A DNA stretch of 32,000 nt from Halomicronema hongdechloris C2206 (GTDB taxonomy: Bacteria; Cyanobacteriota; Cyanobacteriia; Phormidesmidales; Phormidesmidaceae), in contig NZ_CP021983.2 in the NCBI RefSeq assembly GCF_002075285.3, positions 5,010,001 to 5,042,000 on the forward strand, given 5' to 3'. Below are positions 9,933 through 19,250 of the stretch, piece after piece. The first letter of the stretch is position 1. Each line of letters opens with the position of its first letter. The translations under genes were made by a program, and so were the position numbers. The notes under the pieces were generated by a model that was given only the letters and a program-made list of their open reading frames with translations, was not told where the DNA came from and made no database searches.

Positions 9933-10055
9933 TTAAGGATGAAACAGAAGATCGGGGAAGAAGCGATTGAATTCAATCAAAACTCCCGCCGTAATGGCCA
10001 TCCATATAGCGGCCACCACTGGCGCCGTGGAAAGATACTTGACAAGATTGTCCAT
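9933..10055 (-). CDS. psaJ: photosystem I reaction centre subunit IX
   Basis: Absent from the ORF track because it is under 60 aa. The reverse-strand ATG at 10053-10055 is preceded by AGGAGA. Translation [40 protein letters not shown] (40 aa, TAA at 9933-9935) carries the PsaJ signature IEFNRF.PD.LFHP. Confidence 0.9.
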   Translation of the reverse strand: MDNLVKYLSTAPVVAAIWMAITAGVLIEFNRFFPDLLFHP

Positions 10056-10149
10056 GGACTTATCTCCTACGCTTAAACAATCACTCTCTGGCGCAATTAA
10101 CCTGGCCCAATCTAGGCAAGATTGAGGCCAGGCAATCTCTATGAATCAA

Positions 10150-10635
10150 CTAACGGGGGGACACAGGAATTTCAGTGTCCTTGGCAAACATTTCCCCGGA
10201 AGCAATGTCACGAAAGGCAGTCAGAGGCCAAGCAAACCCAGAGAGAGAACATTTCAGAGCCAGAGGCACATCAATGATAATTTCCTTCTCTTCGGGCTTC
10301 TTCTCGCTGCGCACTGCAATCAGGTAGGAACGACCAGCCCAACCAATCCAACCGGCGATATATAGAAAAAGAATGCTGGGAATGAGAAATTCACCTACAT
10401 GGGAGAGGTCCCCGTCTACGATTAGATGAGGAAGGCCGTCATCACCGCAGAGGAGATTTGAACTGCCATAGAAGTCAAAGCGAGCTTTGGCAGCTTCCGT
10501 CGCTGCATTCGCCGCCCGCTGCTGGAAAGCAGCAGATTCACTGCAGGGAGTCAGCCCTGCAACATCAGCAGCAGCTGGTAAAGCGATACCAAACCACGAA
10601 ATGATTCCAAGGACCAGAGCAAACAACCGTCGCAT
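10150..10635 (-). CDS. psaF: photosystem I reaction centre subunit III
   Basis: [19 protein letters not shown]...[15 protein letters not shown]...[23 protein letters not shown] is PsaF. A signal-peptide-like start [10 protein letters not shown] sits at ATG 10633-10635; the track ORF runs to 10680. Confidence 0.92.
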   Translation of the reverse strand: MRRLFALVLGIISWFGIALPAAADVAGLTPCSESAAFQQRAANAATEAAKARFDFYGSSNLLCGDDGLPHLIVDGDLSHVGEFLIPSILFLYIAGWIGWAGRSYLIAVRSEKKPEEKEIIIDVPLALKCSLSGFAWPLTAFRDIASGEMFAKDTEIPVSPR

Positions 10636-10810
10636 AAATTGTTTCCCTTTGTTACTCAGAGACCAGGTGTTTACAGACAAAACGTTAAGTTATTTGTACA
10701 AGAATTCACCCAACCTGCAGTACAGCATACCTCGCTGGGGGAAATCCCGTAAAGCGCAGGCATTGCGGGAGTTTACATCTCTACAAACCATCCGGTTATG
10801 ACCCTCTGCC

Positions 10811-11854
10811 ATGGCGATCGTATTAGCCTTAGAAACAAGTTGTGACGAAACCGCCGTGGCGATTGTTGAAGATCGCACGGTCCATGCCAGCGTTGTTTCC
10901 TCTCAAATCGATTTACATCGCCAATACGGCGGCATTGTTCCTGAAGTTGCCTCTCGAGAGCATGTGCTGACCCTGGGGCCTGCCATTGAGCAAGCCCTAG
11001 CAACCGCTCAACTGGATTGGGCTGCCATTGACGGTATTGCCGCCACTTGTGCCCCTGGCCTGGTAGGGGCGCTGCTGGTAGGCGTAACCGCTGGCAAGAC
11101 TCTAGCTATGGTGCATGACAAGCCATTCCTGGGGGTGCATCATCTGGAAGGCCATATCTATGCCACCTATCTGGCGGATCCAGCCCTCGAGCCTCCCTTT
11201 CTCTGTCTATTGGTATCAGGAGGGCATACCAGCTTAATCCAGGTGCAGGATTGCGGTGAGTATGTCTTGCTAGGCCAGACTCGCGATGACGCTGCCGGGG
11301 AAGCCTTCGATAAGGTAGCGCGGTTACTCGATCTGGGCTATCCAGGCGGTCCTGTCATCGATCGGCTAGCCAGGGATGGCCAGGTTGTGTTTGCGCTGCC
11401 AGAGGGCAACATTTCTCAACCCGATGGTAGCAGTCATCCCTATGACTCTAGTTTTAGTGGCCTGAAGACGGCGGTGCTAAGGCTGGTCGGGAAGTTGCGT
11501 AGTCAGTCTGGGGAGGCCCTACCCATTGCCGATGTGGCGGCTAGTTTTCAGCACACCGTCGCCACTGCTTTGACCAAGCGGGCTATCGCCTGCGCCCGAG
11601 ACCACCAACTGTCTACCATTGCCGTGGGGGGGGGTGTTGCCGCTAATAGTGGGCTGCGGCAGCAGCTCCAGGCGGCAGCGGCAGCGCAGGGCCTGCGGGT
11701 GCTATTTCCGCCGCTGAGTCTGTGCACCGATAATGCTGCCATGATTGCTTGTGCTGCTGCCGATCATCTCAATCGCGGCCATGAGTCTGACCTATCTTTA
11801 GGGGCCCAGTCTCGCATGCCCTTGACTCAAGTGATGGATCTGTACAAGGCTTGA
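10811..11854 (+). CDS. tsaD: tRNA N6-adenosine threonylcarbamoyltransferase
   Basis: Motifs [30 protein letters not shown] and [10 protein letters not shown]; 347 aa. Confidence 0.92.
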   Translation: MAIVLALETSCDETAVAIVEDRTVHASVVSSQIDLHRQYGGIVPEVASREHVLTLGPAIEQALATAQLDWAAIDGIAATCAPGLVGALLVGVTAGKTLAMVHDKPFLGVHHLEGHIYATYLADPALEPPFLCLLVSGGHTSLIQVQDCGEYVLLGQTRDDAAGEAFDKVARLLDLGYPGGPVIDRLARDGQVVFALPEGNISQPDGSSHPYDSSFSGLKTAVLRLVGKLRSQSGEALPIADVAASFQHTVATALTKRAIACARDHQLSTIAVGGGVAANSGLRQQLQAAAAAQGLRVLFPPLSLCTDNAAMIACAAADHLNRGHESDLSLGAQSRMPLTQVMDLYKA

Positions 11855-12429
11855 ATCTCACGGTAACGGAAGCAATCCACGGCATGGTCATTGACTAGTC
11901 CCGCCGCTTGCATGAAGGCGTAGCAGATGGTGGAGCCGACGAAGGTAAATCCCCGTTGTTTCAAATCTCGGCTGAGAGCATCGGACAGGGGGGAAGTGGC
12001 CGGGGCTGCTGCCCAGGTAGGCCAGGCATTTTGGATGGGTTGGCCATCGACAAAGGCCCAGAGATAGGCATCGAAGCTGCCAAAGGTTTTCTGGATCTGT
12101 AAGAAGGCTTTGGCGTTAGTGGATGCCGCTTTTATCTTCAACCGATTGCGGACAATGCGGCGATCTTGTAGCAAGGCCTGTTGCTTGGTAGTGTCGTAAC
12201 GGGCAACGCGCTCGGGATCGAAGCCGTCGAAGGCTTCGCGAAACGCGGCCCGCTTTCGCAAGATCGTGAGCCAACTGAGGCCGGCTTGAAAGCCATCCAG
12301 GACTAGAAATTCAAAGAGTTTGCGGTCATCGTGCAGAGGCACTCCCCATTCCTGGTCATGGTAGGCCACTTCGATGGGGTCGTCATGAACCCAACCACAG
12401 CGGTTGGGGTGAGTCACTGGTTTCTCCAT
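11827..12429 (-). CDS. tag: DNA-3-methyladenine glycosylase I
   Basis: [50 protein letters not shown] is the Tag signature. Its 3' end overlaps the tsaD 3' end by 28 nt in convergent orientation. Confidence 0.9.
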   Translation of the reverse strand: MEKPVTHPNRCGWVHDDPIEVAYHDQEWGVPLHDDRKLFEFLVLDGFQAGLSWLTILRKRAAFREAFDGFDPERVARYDTTKQQALLQDRRIVRNRLKIKAASTNAKAFLQIQKTFGSFDAYLWAFVDGQPIQNAWPTWAAAPATSPLSDALSRDLKQRGFTFVGSTICYAFMQAAGLVNDHAVDCFRYREIQALYRSIT

Positions 12430-12504
12430 GGCAATTGCTCCTTAGCTTGGCCGCTTTCTGGCGCTTAGGAAGTTGCGCCTAAAAATATCCCGCCCACTCA
12501 TTGC

Positions 12505-13632
12505 TCAGGCCACTGACAGGGAAGTCAAGGTGGGATCTATAAGAGAATGGCTAGTGGCGGGAAACAGCTGTAGCCGAGGTTGGGCAATAGAGGCTCGCAC
12601 CCGCTCGCCGATGCCAATGCGCTGACCGCTAGCCATGCGAGCATGTAGAACTTGCCCGGAGGGAGTCTCTAAACAGTATTTATACTCGCGGCCTAGGAAC
12701 TGGCGATCGCGCACGAGCAACGGGGCGGTGCTATCGGCTTCGATCTGGAGATCTTCTTGGCGGATCATCAAGTCGCCCATGTCGTCGTCGCAGGTGGCCC
12801 CAGCAGCGGCACAGGGATCGACATGGACATCGAAGCACCCTACCTCTGTCTGCCATCCCTGGCGACTACGGCGAGCCGGTAGGAAATTGGCCTGGGTCAC
12901 GAATTCGGCAATGAATCGGGAGGCGGGTTCTCGATAGATATCTTCTGGGGTCCCCACTTGCTCGATGCAACCGCCGCGCATGACGGCCACTTGGTCAGCA
13001 ATGGCTAGGGCTTCTTCTTGGTCGTGGGTGACGAAGATACCAGAGGCGCCGATTTGCTTGAGAATTTCTCGCACCTCTTGGCGCAGGTATAGGCGCACTT
13101 GCACATCCAGGTTGCTGAAGGGCTCGTCTAGCAGAATCAGAGAAGGGCGGGGGGCTAACGCCCGAGCCAGGGCTACCCGTTGCTGCTGTCCGCCGGAGAG
13201 CTCGTGGGGATAGCGGCGCTCAAACCCGTGTAGTCCTACCAGCTGAATGGCATCGGCGGTGTGCGATCGCACCTGTTGTCGACTCAGCCAACCCTGGCGC
13301 CGCAAGTGATTGAGCCCGAAGGCCACATTTTTCTCCACCGTCAGGTGGGGGAACAGGGCATAGTCTTGAAAAACGATCCCCACATCCCGCTTCTCTGGAG
13401 GCATAGCCCCCTCAGAACCACAGATGACTTGCCCGGTCAGGGTAATCTGGCCTCGCTGGGGCTGCTCAAAGCCAGCCACTAGCCGCAGTAACGTCGTCTT
13501 GCCGCAGCCAGACGGCCCCAGCAACCCTAGCAAGCATCCCTGCTCTAGGGTGAGATCAACGGCATCTACCGCCACAGGGGCGCTCGGCAGATAACGTTTG
13601 GTCAGATTTTCCAGATGGAGGACAACCGCCAT
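12505..13632 (-). CDS. futC: ABC transporter ATP-binding protein, Fe(3+)/FutC-PotA type
   Basis: Walker [10 protein letters not shown], signature [15 protein letters not shown], Walker [13 protein letters not shown], plus a C-terminal TOBE-like extension. It lies directly downstream of the iron-binding protein gene. Confidence 0.8.
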   Translation of the reverse strand: MAVVLHLENLTKRYLPSAPVAVDAVDLTLEQGCLLGLLGPSGCGKTTLLRLVAGFEQPQRGQITLTGQVICGSEGAMPPEKRDVGIVFQDYALFPHLTVEKNVAFGLNHLRRQGWLSRQQVRSHTADAIQLVGLHGFERRYPHELSGGQQQRVALARALAPRPSLILLDEPFSNLDVQVRLYLRQEVREILKQIGASGIFVTHDQEEALAIADQVAVMRGGCIEQVGTPEDIYREPASRFIAEFVTQANFLPARRSRQGWQTEVGCFDVHVDPCAAAGATCDDDMGDLMIRQEDLQIEADSTAPLLVRDRQFLGREYKYCLETPSGQVLHARMASGQRIGIGERVRASIAQPRLQLFPATSHSLIDPTLTSLSVA

Positions 13633-13802
13633 GCCGCTCAGGGATTACAGACACATTGGCTCAAGGTCCCAGCCGGGCCTGGGGCTCTATTGAACGCCAT
13701 TATCAACGCCATTCTACCTTGCTGGTAATGATTCCTAAACGCTCTGAACGACTCTCTCAGTGCTGTCATCTTTGCTTCTTTTGGGCTTTTGTCGCCCTTA
13801 AG

Positions 13803-13834
13803 CAGGCAGAGACCTGCCCTCAGATCTCTGCCTG
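13803..13834 (-). other. 10-bp-stem hairpin in the futA-futC spacer
   Basis: CAGGCAGAGA (13803-13812) and TCTCTGCCTG (13825-13834) are perfect reverse complements around a 12-nt loop. The hairpin lies 27 nt downstream of the futA stop. No U-tract follows. Confidence 0.5.
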
Positions 13835-13860
13835 GTCTGTGTATTGGGGCAGTGTTCTAC

Positions 13861-14949
13861 TTATTTCCAGCCCACCCGGTCTACGAGTTTAACCACCTCG
13901 GGGTTATTGCGGCCGTAGGCAGACACATTCACCTCGTCTACCTTGAAGTCCCCTAGTTCGGCTACGACTGGATCGATGTCAACGCCCTCCACCACAGGAT
14001 ATTCGTTATTGCCTTCGGCAAAGATCTGCTGGGCTTCGGGGGTGACCAGGAACTCTAGAAATGCGATCGCATTTTCCCGATTCGGTGCATTCACCAATAC
14101 CCCGGCTCCGCTGATATTGACGTGGGTACCGCGCCCCTCCTGGTTCGGGAAGAATACGGCCGTTGCTTCCGTCGCCGCCTGATTTTCCGGGGCATCTGAC
14201 TTAGCCATGCGGGCCCAGTAGTAGTGATTGACGATGGCCACATCGCACTGGCCAGCCGCCACCGCTTTAATCTGATCCGTATCACCCCCTTCCGGTGGCC
14301 GGGCCAAATTACTGACCAGCCCCTCGGCCCAGGCCTCGGTGGCCTCTAACCCCTTAGACTCAACCATGGAGCCTAAGAGCGACTGATTGTAAATGTTATT
14401 GGAACTGCGAATACAGACCCGGCCCTCCCATTCCGGCTCAGCCAGGGCCTCATAGGTCGATAATTCCGAGGGATCGACGGCCTCGGTGTTGTAGACAATT
14501 ACCCGGGCCCGCTTGGTGAGGCCGAACCAAAGATTATCGGGATGCTGCAAATTCTCAGGGACCGCGGACTCTAACACCGCCGACTCAATGGATTGAAACA
14601 GCTCTTCCTGCTCCGCTCGCCAGAGCCGCCCGGCGTCTACCGTCATCAGGATATCGGCGGGGCTATTGGCGCCTTCGTTTTTAATCCGCTCGATCAGTTC
14701 ATCAGCGTCCCCTTCAATCAAATTGACCTCAATCCCGGTCTCTTCTGTGAAGCGCTCATAGAGGATGTCGTCAGTATCGTAATGCCGCGATGAGTACACA
14801 TTGACTTCTCCTGCCGCCACTGGGGCGCTATCAGCGGCGACTTCCGGAGTAGGTTCCGTGACCGTCTCCGTTGACTGACCGCAGGCGGCTACTGCGAGGA
14901 CAGCAGCGCTTGCAACTGCCGCCGCAAACTTCCGTCGAGTCCATTTCAT
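13861..14949 (-). CDS. futA: Fe(3+) ABC transporter substrate-binding lipoprotein (FutA/IdiA family)
   Basis: Signal peptide with lipobox (AVLAVAAC), then VNVYSSRHYDTDDILYERFTEETGIEVNLIEG, typical of FbpA/FutA-type periplasmic iron-binding proteins; 362 aa. Confidence 0.82.
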   Translation of the reverse strand: MKWTRRKFAAAVASAAVLAVAACGQSTETVTEPTPEVAADSAPVAAGEVNVYSSRHYDTDDILYERFTEETGIEVNLIEGDADELIERIKNEGANSPADILMTVDAGRLWRAEQEELFQSIESAVLESAVPENLQHPDNLWFGLTKRARVIVYNTEAVDPSELSTYEALAEPEWEGRVCIRSSNNIYNQSLLGSMVESKGLEATEAWAEGLVSNLARPPEGGDTDQIKAVAAGQCDVAIVNHYYWARMAKSDAPENQAATEATAVFFPNQEGRGTHVNISGAGVLVNAPNRENAIAFLEFLVTPEAQQIFAEGNNEYPVVEGVDIDPVVAELGDFKVDEVNVSAYGRNNPEVVKLVDRVGWK

Positions 14950-14975
14950 GGCGAGGATGACACTCCTTTTAGAAC

Positions 14976-15005
14976 ATGAATCTTTGCAAAATGAATCTTT
15001 GCAAA
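14976..15005. repeat. perfect tandem duplication of a 15-mer (ATGAATCTTTGCAAA x2) in the futA 5' region
   Basis: 14976-14990 and 14991-15005 are identical, and a degenerate third unit follows (15006-15020). The repeat lies 27-56 nt upstream of the futA ATG. Confidence 0.9.
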
Positions 15006-15019
15006 TTAGTCTTTTGGCA

Positions 15020-15038
15020 GTTAATGAAAATTGTTCTT
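15020..15038. promoter_or_regulatory. Fur-box-like A/T-rich site upstream of futA
   Basis: GTTAATGAAAATTGTTCTT matches the 19-bp E. coli Fur consensus GATAATGATAATCATTATC at 13 of 19 positions (hand count). It lies 71-89 nt upstream of the futA start. Confidence 0.35.
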
Positions 15039-15369
15039 AAAAACTCTAATCGAGTGTAATACGATGCATCGGAACTCTGTCAAGATCTGCTGGTAAAACT
15101 CAACTGCAATGTCTCTGCTGCCAGAGAGTTTTAGACCTAATGACCTTCGTCCTAGTTGCTGGCTCCAGCCCAGCCGATGAGTCTTGGCGCCGTAGCTGGA
15201 AGCCTGTCGGTGGGGCTTAGCTGTCATCATTGGCGTCTGTCAAGTAGCCGAGATCATCTTGCTAGGGCGAGCCTTTCCGGTACAGTGACGGCAAGATCCG
15301 TAGGTTTTCAGCGTGTCCTACGGCCAAGTTTGCTTCCACGATTTCCGCGCTGTCAGTAGAGAGATTAGG

Positions 15370-16599
15370 ATGGATAGACCCGATTCAGATACTTTCTCCC
15401 AGGACCCCGATGTGACCTTAGGGCCTAGCTATGCTGAGCTAGGGCCATCCCAGCGGCGACAGCGCCTGCAGGATTTGGCTCAGGTCTTTTTTCGTTTGGG
15501 CCTGATTGCCTTCGGTGGCCCCGCCGCCCACATCGCCATGATGGATGACGAAGTGGTGAAGCGGCGACAATGGCTGAGCCGGGAAAAGCTGCTGGATTTG
15601 ATTGGGGTGACTAATTTAATCCCTGGCCCCAATTCAACCGAACTGGCTATCCACATCGGGTATGAACGGGGCGGTTGGCCCGGGCTGATGGTAGCTGGCA
15701 GTTGCTTTATTCTGCCCGCCATGGTGATGGTGTGGATCTTGGCGGCGGTTTACAGGCAGTATCAGACTCTTCCCCAGGCGGAATGGCTGCTCTATGGCAT
15801 CAAGCCGGTGATTATCGCCGTCATTCTGCAGGCCCTGATTAAGTTGGGCAAGAAGGCCATTAAGGATGTCCCGACAACCCTGGTTGCGATCGCAGTCATT
15901 GCCGCCTTTTTCCTCAACATCAACGAAATCCTATTGCTGGTACTGGCTGGTCTAGCGGTCATGGTAGTGAAAAATCTGGGCCGGAATTCCATGGCCCTGC
16001 TCTTGCCCTGCTCTGGTGCTGTCGCCCAAACCGGCGGCACCGCAGCCACAGCAGCCACGGTAGCCACCAGCGCTAGTGGCCTGCAGGTGTTTCTGTTTTT
16101 CCTGAAAATTGGCTGTGTGCTCTACGGCAGTGGTTATGTGCTGCTGGCCTTTTTGCAGCGAGATCTGGTGGAACGGTTGGGCTGGCTGACCTCTCAAGAA
16201 CTGCTCGATGCCATCGCCATCGGTCAGTTTACACCCGGTCCTGTGTTTACCACGGCCACCTTTGTAGGCTATTTATTGGCTGGACATATTGGTGCGATCG
16301 CAGGCACCATTGGCATCTTTCTGCCGGCCTTTTTGTTAGTAGGGCTGATCAACCCCTGGGTCCCGAAACTGCGACAGTCTCGCTGGTTCAGCGCCTTCTT
16401 AGACGGCGTCAATGCCGCCTCCCTGGGCCTGATGGCCGTGGTTACCTACACCCTGGGACGGGCAGCCATTATTGATTGGGTTACGATCGTCCTAGCAGTC
16501 CTGGCCGTGATTGCCGTCTTCCGATTTAAGCTCAACTCGGCCTGGATCGTCTTAGCAGGGGGCGTCTTGGGTCTGTTGGCACAACAGTTTCTCGGGTAG
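15370..16599 (+). CDS. chrA: chromate transporter (CHR family, two-domain)
   Basis: FFRLGLIAFGGPAAHIAMMDDEVVKRRQWLSREKLLDLIGVTNLIPGPNSTELAIHIG, with a second CHR half (GSGYVLLAFLQRDLVE...FTPGPVFTTATFVG). ATG at 15370; the track ORF starts at GTG 15313. Confidence 0.88.
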   Translation: MDRPDSDTFSQDPDVTLGPSYAELGPSQRRQRLQDLAQVFFRLGLIAFGGPAAHIAMMDDEVVKRRQWLSREKLLDLIGVTNLIPGPNSTELAIHIGYERGGWPGLMVAGSCFILPAMVMVWILAAVYRQYQTLPQAEWLLYGIKPVIIAVILQALIKLGKKAIKDVPTTLVAIAVIAAFFLNINEILLLVLAGLAVMVVKNLGRNSMALLLPCSGAVAQTGGTAATAATVATSASGLQVFLFFLKIGCVLYGSGYVLLAFLQRDLVERLGWLTSQELLDAIAIGQFTPGPVFTTATFVGYLLAGHIGAIAGTIGIFLPAFLLVGLINPWVPKLRQSRWFSAFLDGVNAASLGLMAVVTYTLGRAAIIDWVTIVLAVLAVIAVFRFKLNSAWIVLAGGVLGLLAQQFLG

Positions 16600-16669
16600 G
16601 CTACCCCGCTTCGACCTGACCTATGGCTCCCTGGCCTTTCCCCTGGTGCTGTTGCCCTACATTGCCGCC

Positions 16670-17980
16670 ATGTCTGCTGCTCTGCCCAGCGAGGAAACCT
16701 ATCTGATCCTAGGGGCTGGATTCGTGGGACTGGGTATGGCTCAGGCCCTTAAGTCTGCTGGAATTCCCTACGACCAGGTAGATGCCAGTGACGACATCGG
16801 CGGCAACTGGTACCACGGCGTCTATGAGACTGCCCACATCATTTCTTCCCACACCATCACCCAATTCAGCCACTATCCCATGCCGGCTGACTATCCAGAC
16901 TTTCCCAGTGCCCGACAGATGTGGGAGTATCTGCAAGCCTTTGCCGATCGGTTTCAGCTGCGCTCTGCCATTGAACTCAATCGCACCGTCCAGGAGGTGC
17001 GCCCGGTTGACCATAACCGTTGGGCCGTCACCTTCGCCAATGGGGAGCAGCGACGCTACAAAGGAGTCTTGCTGTGCAACGGCCACCACTGGGACAAACG
17101 AATGCCCGAGTTCGTGGGGCAGTTCGACGGCGATATTATCCATGCTAAGGACTATAAACGACCAGAGCAGCTGCGAGGGCGGCAAGTGCTAGTGATTGGC
17201 GGCGGTAACTCGGGGTGTGATATTGCCGCCGAAGCCGCTCGGGTGGGAGCCAAGTGTGTGCTTAGCCTGCGGCAATCGGTGTGGTTTATTCCCAAGACCT
17301 TTGCCGGGATTCCCGTGGCCGACCTGCCGCGCTGGTGGATGCCAGAGTGGCTGCAACGGTGGCTAACCTACGGGATCATTCGCCTCAGCTTCGGCCGCCA
17401 CCAAGACTATGGCCTCCCTACCCCCACTTATCGCTTGTTTGAGAAACATCCCACCCTCAACGATGAGGTGCCCTATTACCTGAAACATGGTCGGATTATC
17501 TTCAAACCGGCTGTGCAGCAATTGCAGGGGGACAGGGTTCGCTTCAGCGACGGCAGCACTGAGACCATCGACCTGATCATCTGTGCCACGGGGTATCATC
17601 TCAGCTATCCCTTTCTACCGCCACAACTGCAGCGAGTACAGGGGGCTAAGATGCAGTGCTACGGTGGCGCTTTCTTGGACGACTACAAGGGCCTCTACTT
17701 CATTGGCTGGGGACAGGCTCGCGGTGGCGTGGGCTCCCTAATTTCGGCCTATGGACCGGTGTTTACCCAGTTACTGCGGCTCCAGGATGAGATTTCAGTG
17801 CCCCTGGGCTTGGTGTTTAAGCAACTGGGACAGCAACTGCCCCAAACCCATTTGAGTGATCCCCAACGGGTCTTCCGGCAGTTGGCTCTGCTCCGCCTGG
17901 GCTTTCGCTGGCTGCGGTATCAGGCTCACCGCATCGATCGTCGCCATGGCCCGTTTCAGAATCGGCCCCTGGAGCCCTAG
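16670..17980 (+). CDS. flavin-containing monooxygenase-like FAD/NAD(P)-binding oxidoreductase
   Basis: GAGFVGLG (FAD GxGxxG), the FMO-identifying FxGxxxHxxxY motif as FDGDIIHAKDY, and GGGNSGCD (NADPH site). ATG at 16670; the track ORF starts at 16646. Confidence 0.75.
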   Translation: MSAALPSEETYLILGAGFVGLGMAQALKSAGIPYDQVDASDDIGGNWYHGVYETAHIISSHTITQFSHYPMPADYPDFPSARQMWEYLQAFADRFQLRSAIELNRTVQEVRPVDHNRWAVTFANGEQRRYKGVLLCNGHHWDKRMPEFVGQFDGDIIHAKDYKRPEQLRGRQVLVIGGGNSGCDIAAEAARVGAKCVLSLRQSVWFIPKTFAGIPVADLPRWWMPEWLQRWLTYGIIRLSFGRHQDYGLPTPTYRLFEKHPTLNDEVPYYLKHGRIIFKPAVQQLQGDRVRFSDGSTETIDLIICATGYHLSYPFLPPQLQRVQGAKMQCYGGAFLDDYKGLYFIGWGQARGGVGSLISAYGPVFTQLLRLQDEISVPLGLVFKQLGQQLPQTHLSDPQRVFRQLALLRLGFRWLRYQAHRIDRRHGPFQNRPLEP

Positions 17981-18004
17981 AGGGTGAGAGCGGAGGACGG
18001 AAAA

Positions 18005-18032
18005 GGGGGGATGGGGGAATGGGGGGATGGGG
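18005..18032 (+). other. canonical G-quadruplex motif (G6-AT-G5-AAT-G6-AT-G4)
   Basis: G-runs at 18005-18010, 18013-18017, 18021-18026 and 18029-18032, with loops of 2, 3 and 2 nt. It starts 25 nt after the FMO stop codon and sits inside a longer purine-rich tract (about 17990-18130). Confidence 0.7.
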
Positions 18033-18154
18033 TGTATAGCCTAACGGCATTCAAGAAAGGCGGAGCCTGCCCGCAGGGCTTAGGGGTGATGGGGAGGTGC
18101 AGCAAAAGGCAGAAAGCAGAGGGCAGAAGATGGCCGCCGGGCAGATTGGTAGAT

Positions 18155-18478
18155 TCAGGCTAGTGCTGCTGGAGCCGGACACACCAGATTTAGCCACTGC
18201 TCGCCATTGGGATGACGGCAGCGCAGATAATGAGCATGCAGATGGTAGCCGACGTCGCCAGGAACTGGCAGGGTATCGGCTGCGGTGGTCAGGCGGGGAT
18301 GGCCGCCGGGCAGATAGAGGGGATCCCCCAGGAGGGGGTAGCCCGCTGCAGCTAATTGAATGCGAGTCTGCCACTGGGCTGGGCTGGAATGGCGGTAGCG
18401 CTGACTGTAATAGTCCAGTAGGGATTGACCAACGGCATCTGCTGGCACTCGCTCGTGATACGTCCAGCCCTGGTTCAT
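18155..18478 (-). pseudogene. RluA-family pseudouridine synthase remnant: N- and C-termini fused in frame, catalytic core missing
   Basis: 107-aa ORF. MNQGWTYHERVPADAVGQSLLDYYSQRYRHSSPAQWQTRI looks like the N-terminus of cyanobacterial RluA-type enzymes of about 300 aa. QLAAAGYPLLGDPLY...PGDVGYHLHAHYLRCRHPNGEQWL looks like their C-terminus. The HRLD..TSG catalytic region is absent. Confidence 0.55.
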
Positions 18479-18646
18479 GGCGGTGGCTGACAGCGTCTAT
18501 GCTCCCTATCCTGCCATTTTGGTCCTTGACCCTAACGTTTTTCCTCAATTCTGTGCCATAGTCCCTGGCGACCGGTATCTTGACTCCAGAAGTATCCCCC
18601 TCAATGCCCTCTGCGGCCAGATTGTTCTCTGCCAGATGTACACCGC

Positions 18647-19072
18647 ATGATTGATACCGTACGGGTGGCCTTGGCTACGGCCACGCTGCTAACGACCAGT
18701 AGCCTCATCGCACCAGTCCAGGCCAATCCTGACTGTAGGGCTAACTGCCGTTCCGACCAGATCCAGGTCACGCCTGGCGATCCGGTGGCCATTGAGGTGA
18801 TCAACCAAACCTCGGTGCCGGTTCAGGTAGAACAGGTGCCCATGATCGCCCCGGCCCGCCTCTCTCCGGGGGAAACCCTATGGCTCGACTTTGGCTGGGG
18901 CACGAAGCCCAATATTTCCATTGTCTTCTGGAGCGAGACAGAGCAGCCCCTCAAGGCCTACCTGTTTCGCCCCGAGGACACCAGCCTGCGGATTCAGATT
19001 CGTCCCTTTGCCTATGGCCCCAGCGATCGCTCCGTCGATATCCTGGACGATGGCCGGGTGCTGATTTATTGA
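18647..19072 (+). CDS. secreted hypothetical protein
   Basis: 141-aa ATG ORF with a signal-peptide-like N-terminus (MIDTVRVALATATLLTTSSLIAPVQA-NP). No recognised domain. Confidence 0.5.
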   Translation: MIDTVRVALATATLLTTSSLIAPVQANPDCRANCRSDQIQVTPGDPVAIEVINQTSVPVQVEQVPMIAPARLSPGETLWLDFGWGTKPNISIVFWSETEQPLKAYLFRPEDTSLRIQIRPFAYGPSDRSVDILDDGRVLIY

Positions 19073-19250
19073 GCAGGGGCCTATCCCCATTGCCCCAGAC
19101 GACCGATTACTATAGTGCAAGTGATCTATTTGCCTTGGGTTGGGAGCGATATCAGCCCACCCTTGCCAGCTAGACAAGGACCGCTAAGATGGAGCCCAAT
19201 GTCCTGACTAGGGGCATAGAACACCAATGGTGCGATCGCAAGTGAGGATC

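Noticed and set aside
10636-10810. Possible RpaB/HLR1 site upstream of psaF.
   Set aside because: Only isolated TTTACA half-sites occur (10670-10675 and 10772-10777). They are not arranged as two 8-mers with a 2-nt spacer, so I cannot support an HLR1 call.
18051-18561. ORFs of 165 aa (minus) and 154 aa (plus) covering the purine-rich tract and the rluA remnant.
   Set aside because: Their low-complexity Ser/Pro/Arg or Gly/Arg-rich translations are produced by the purine/pyrimidine tract. The third frame carries the recognisable RluA-like sequence.
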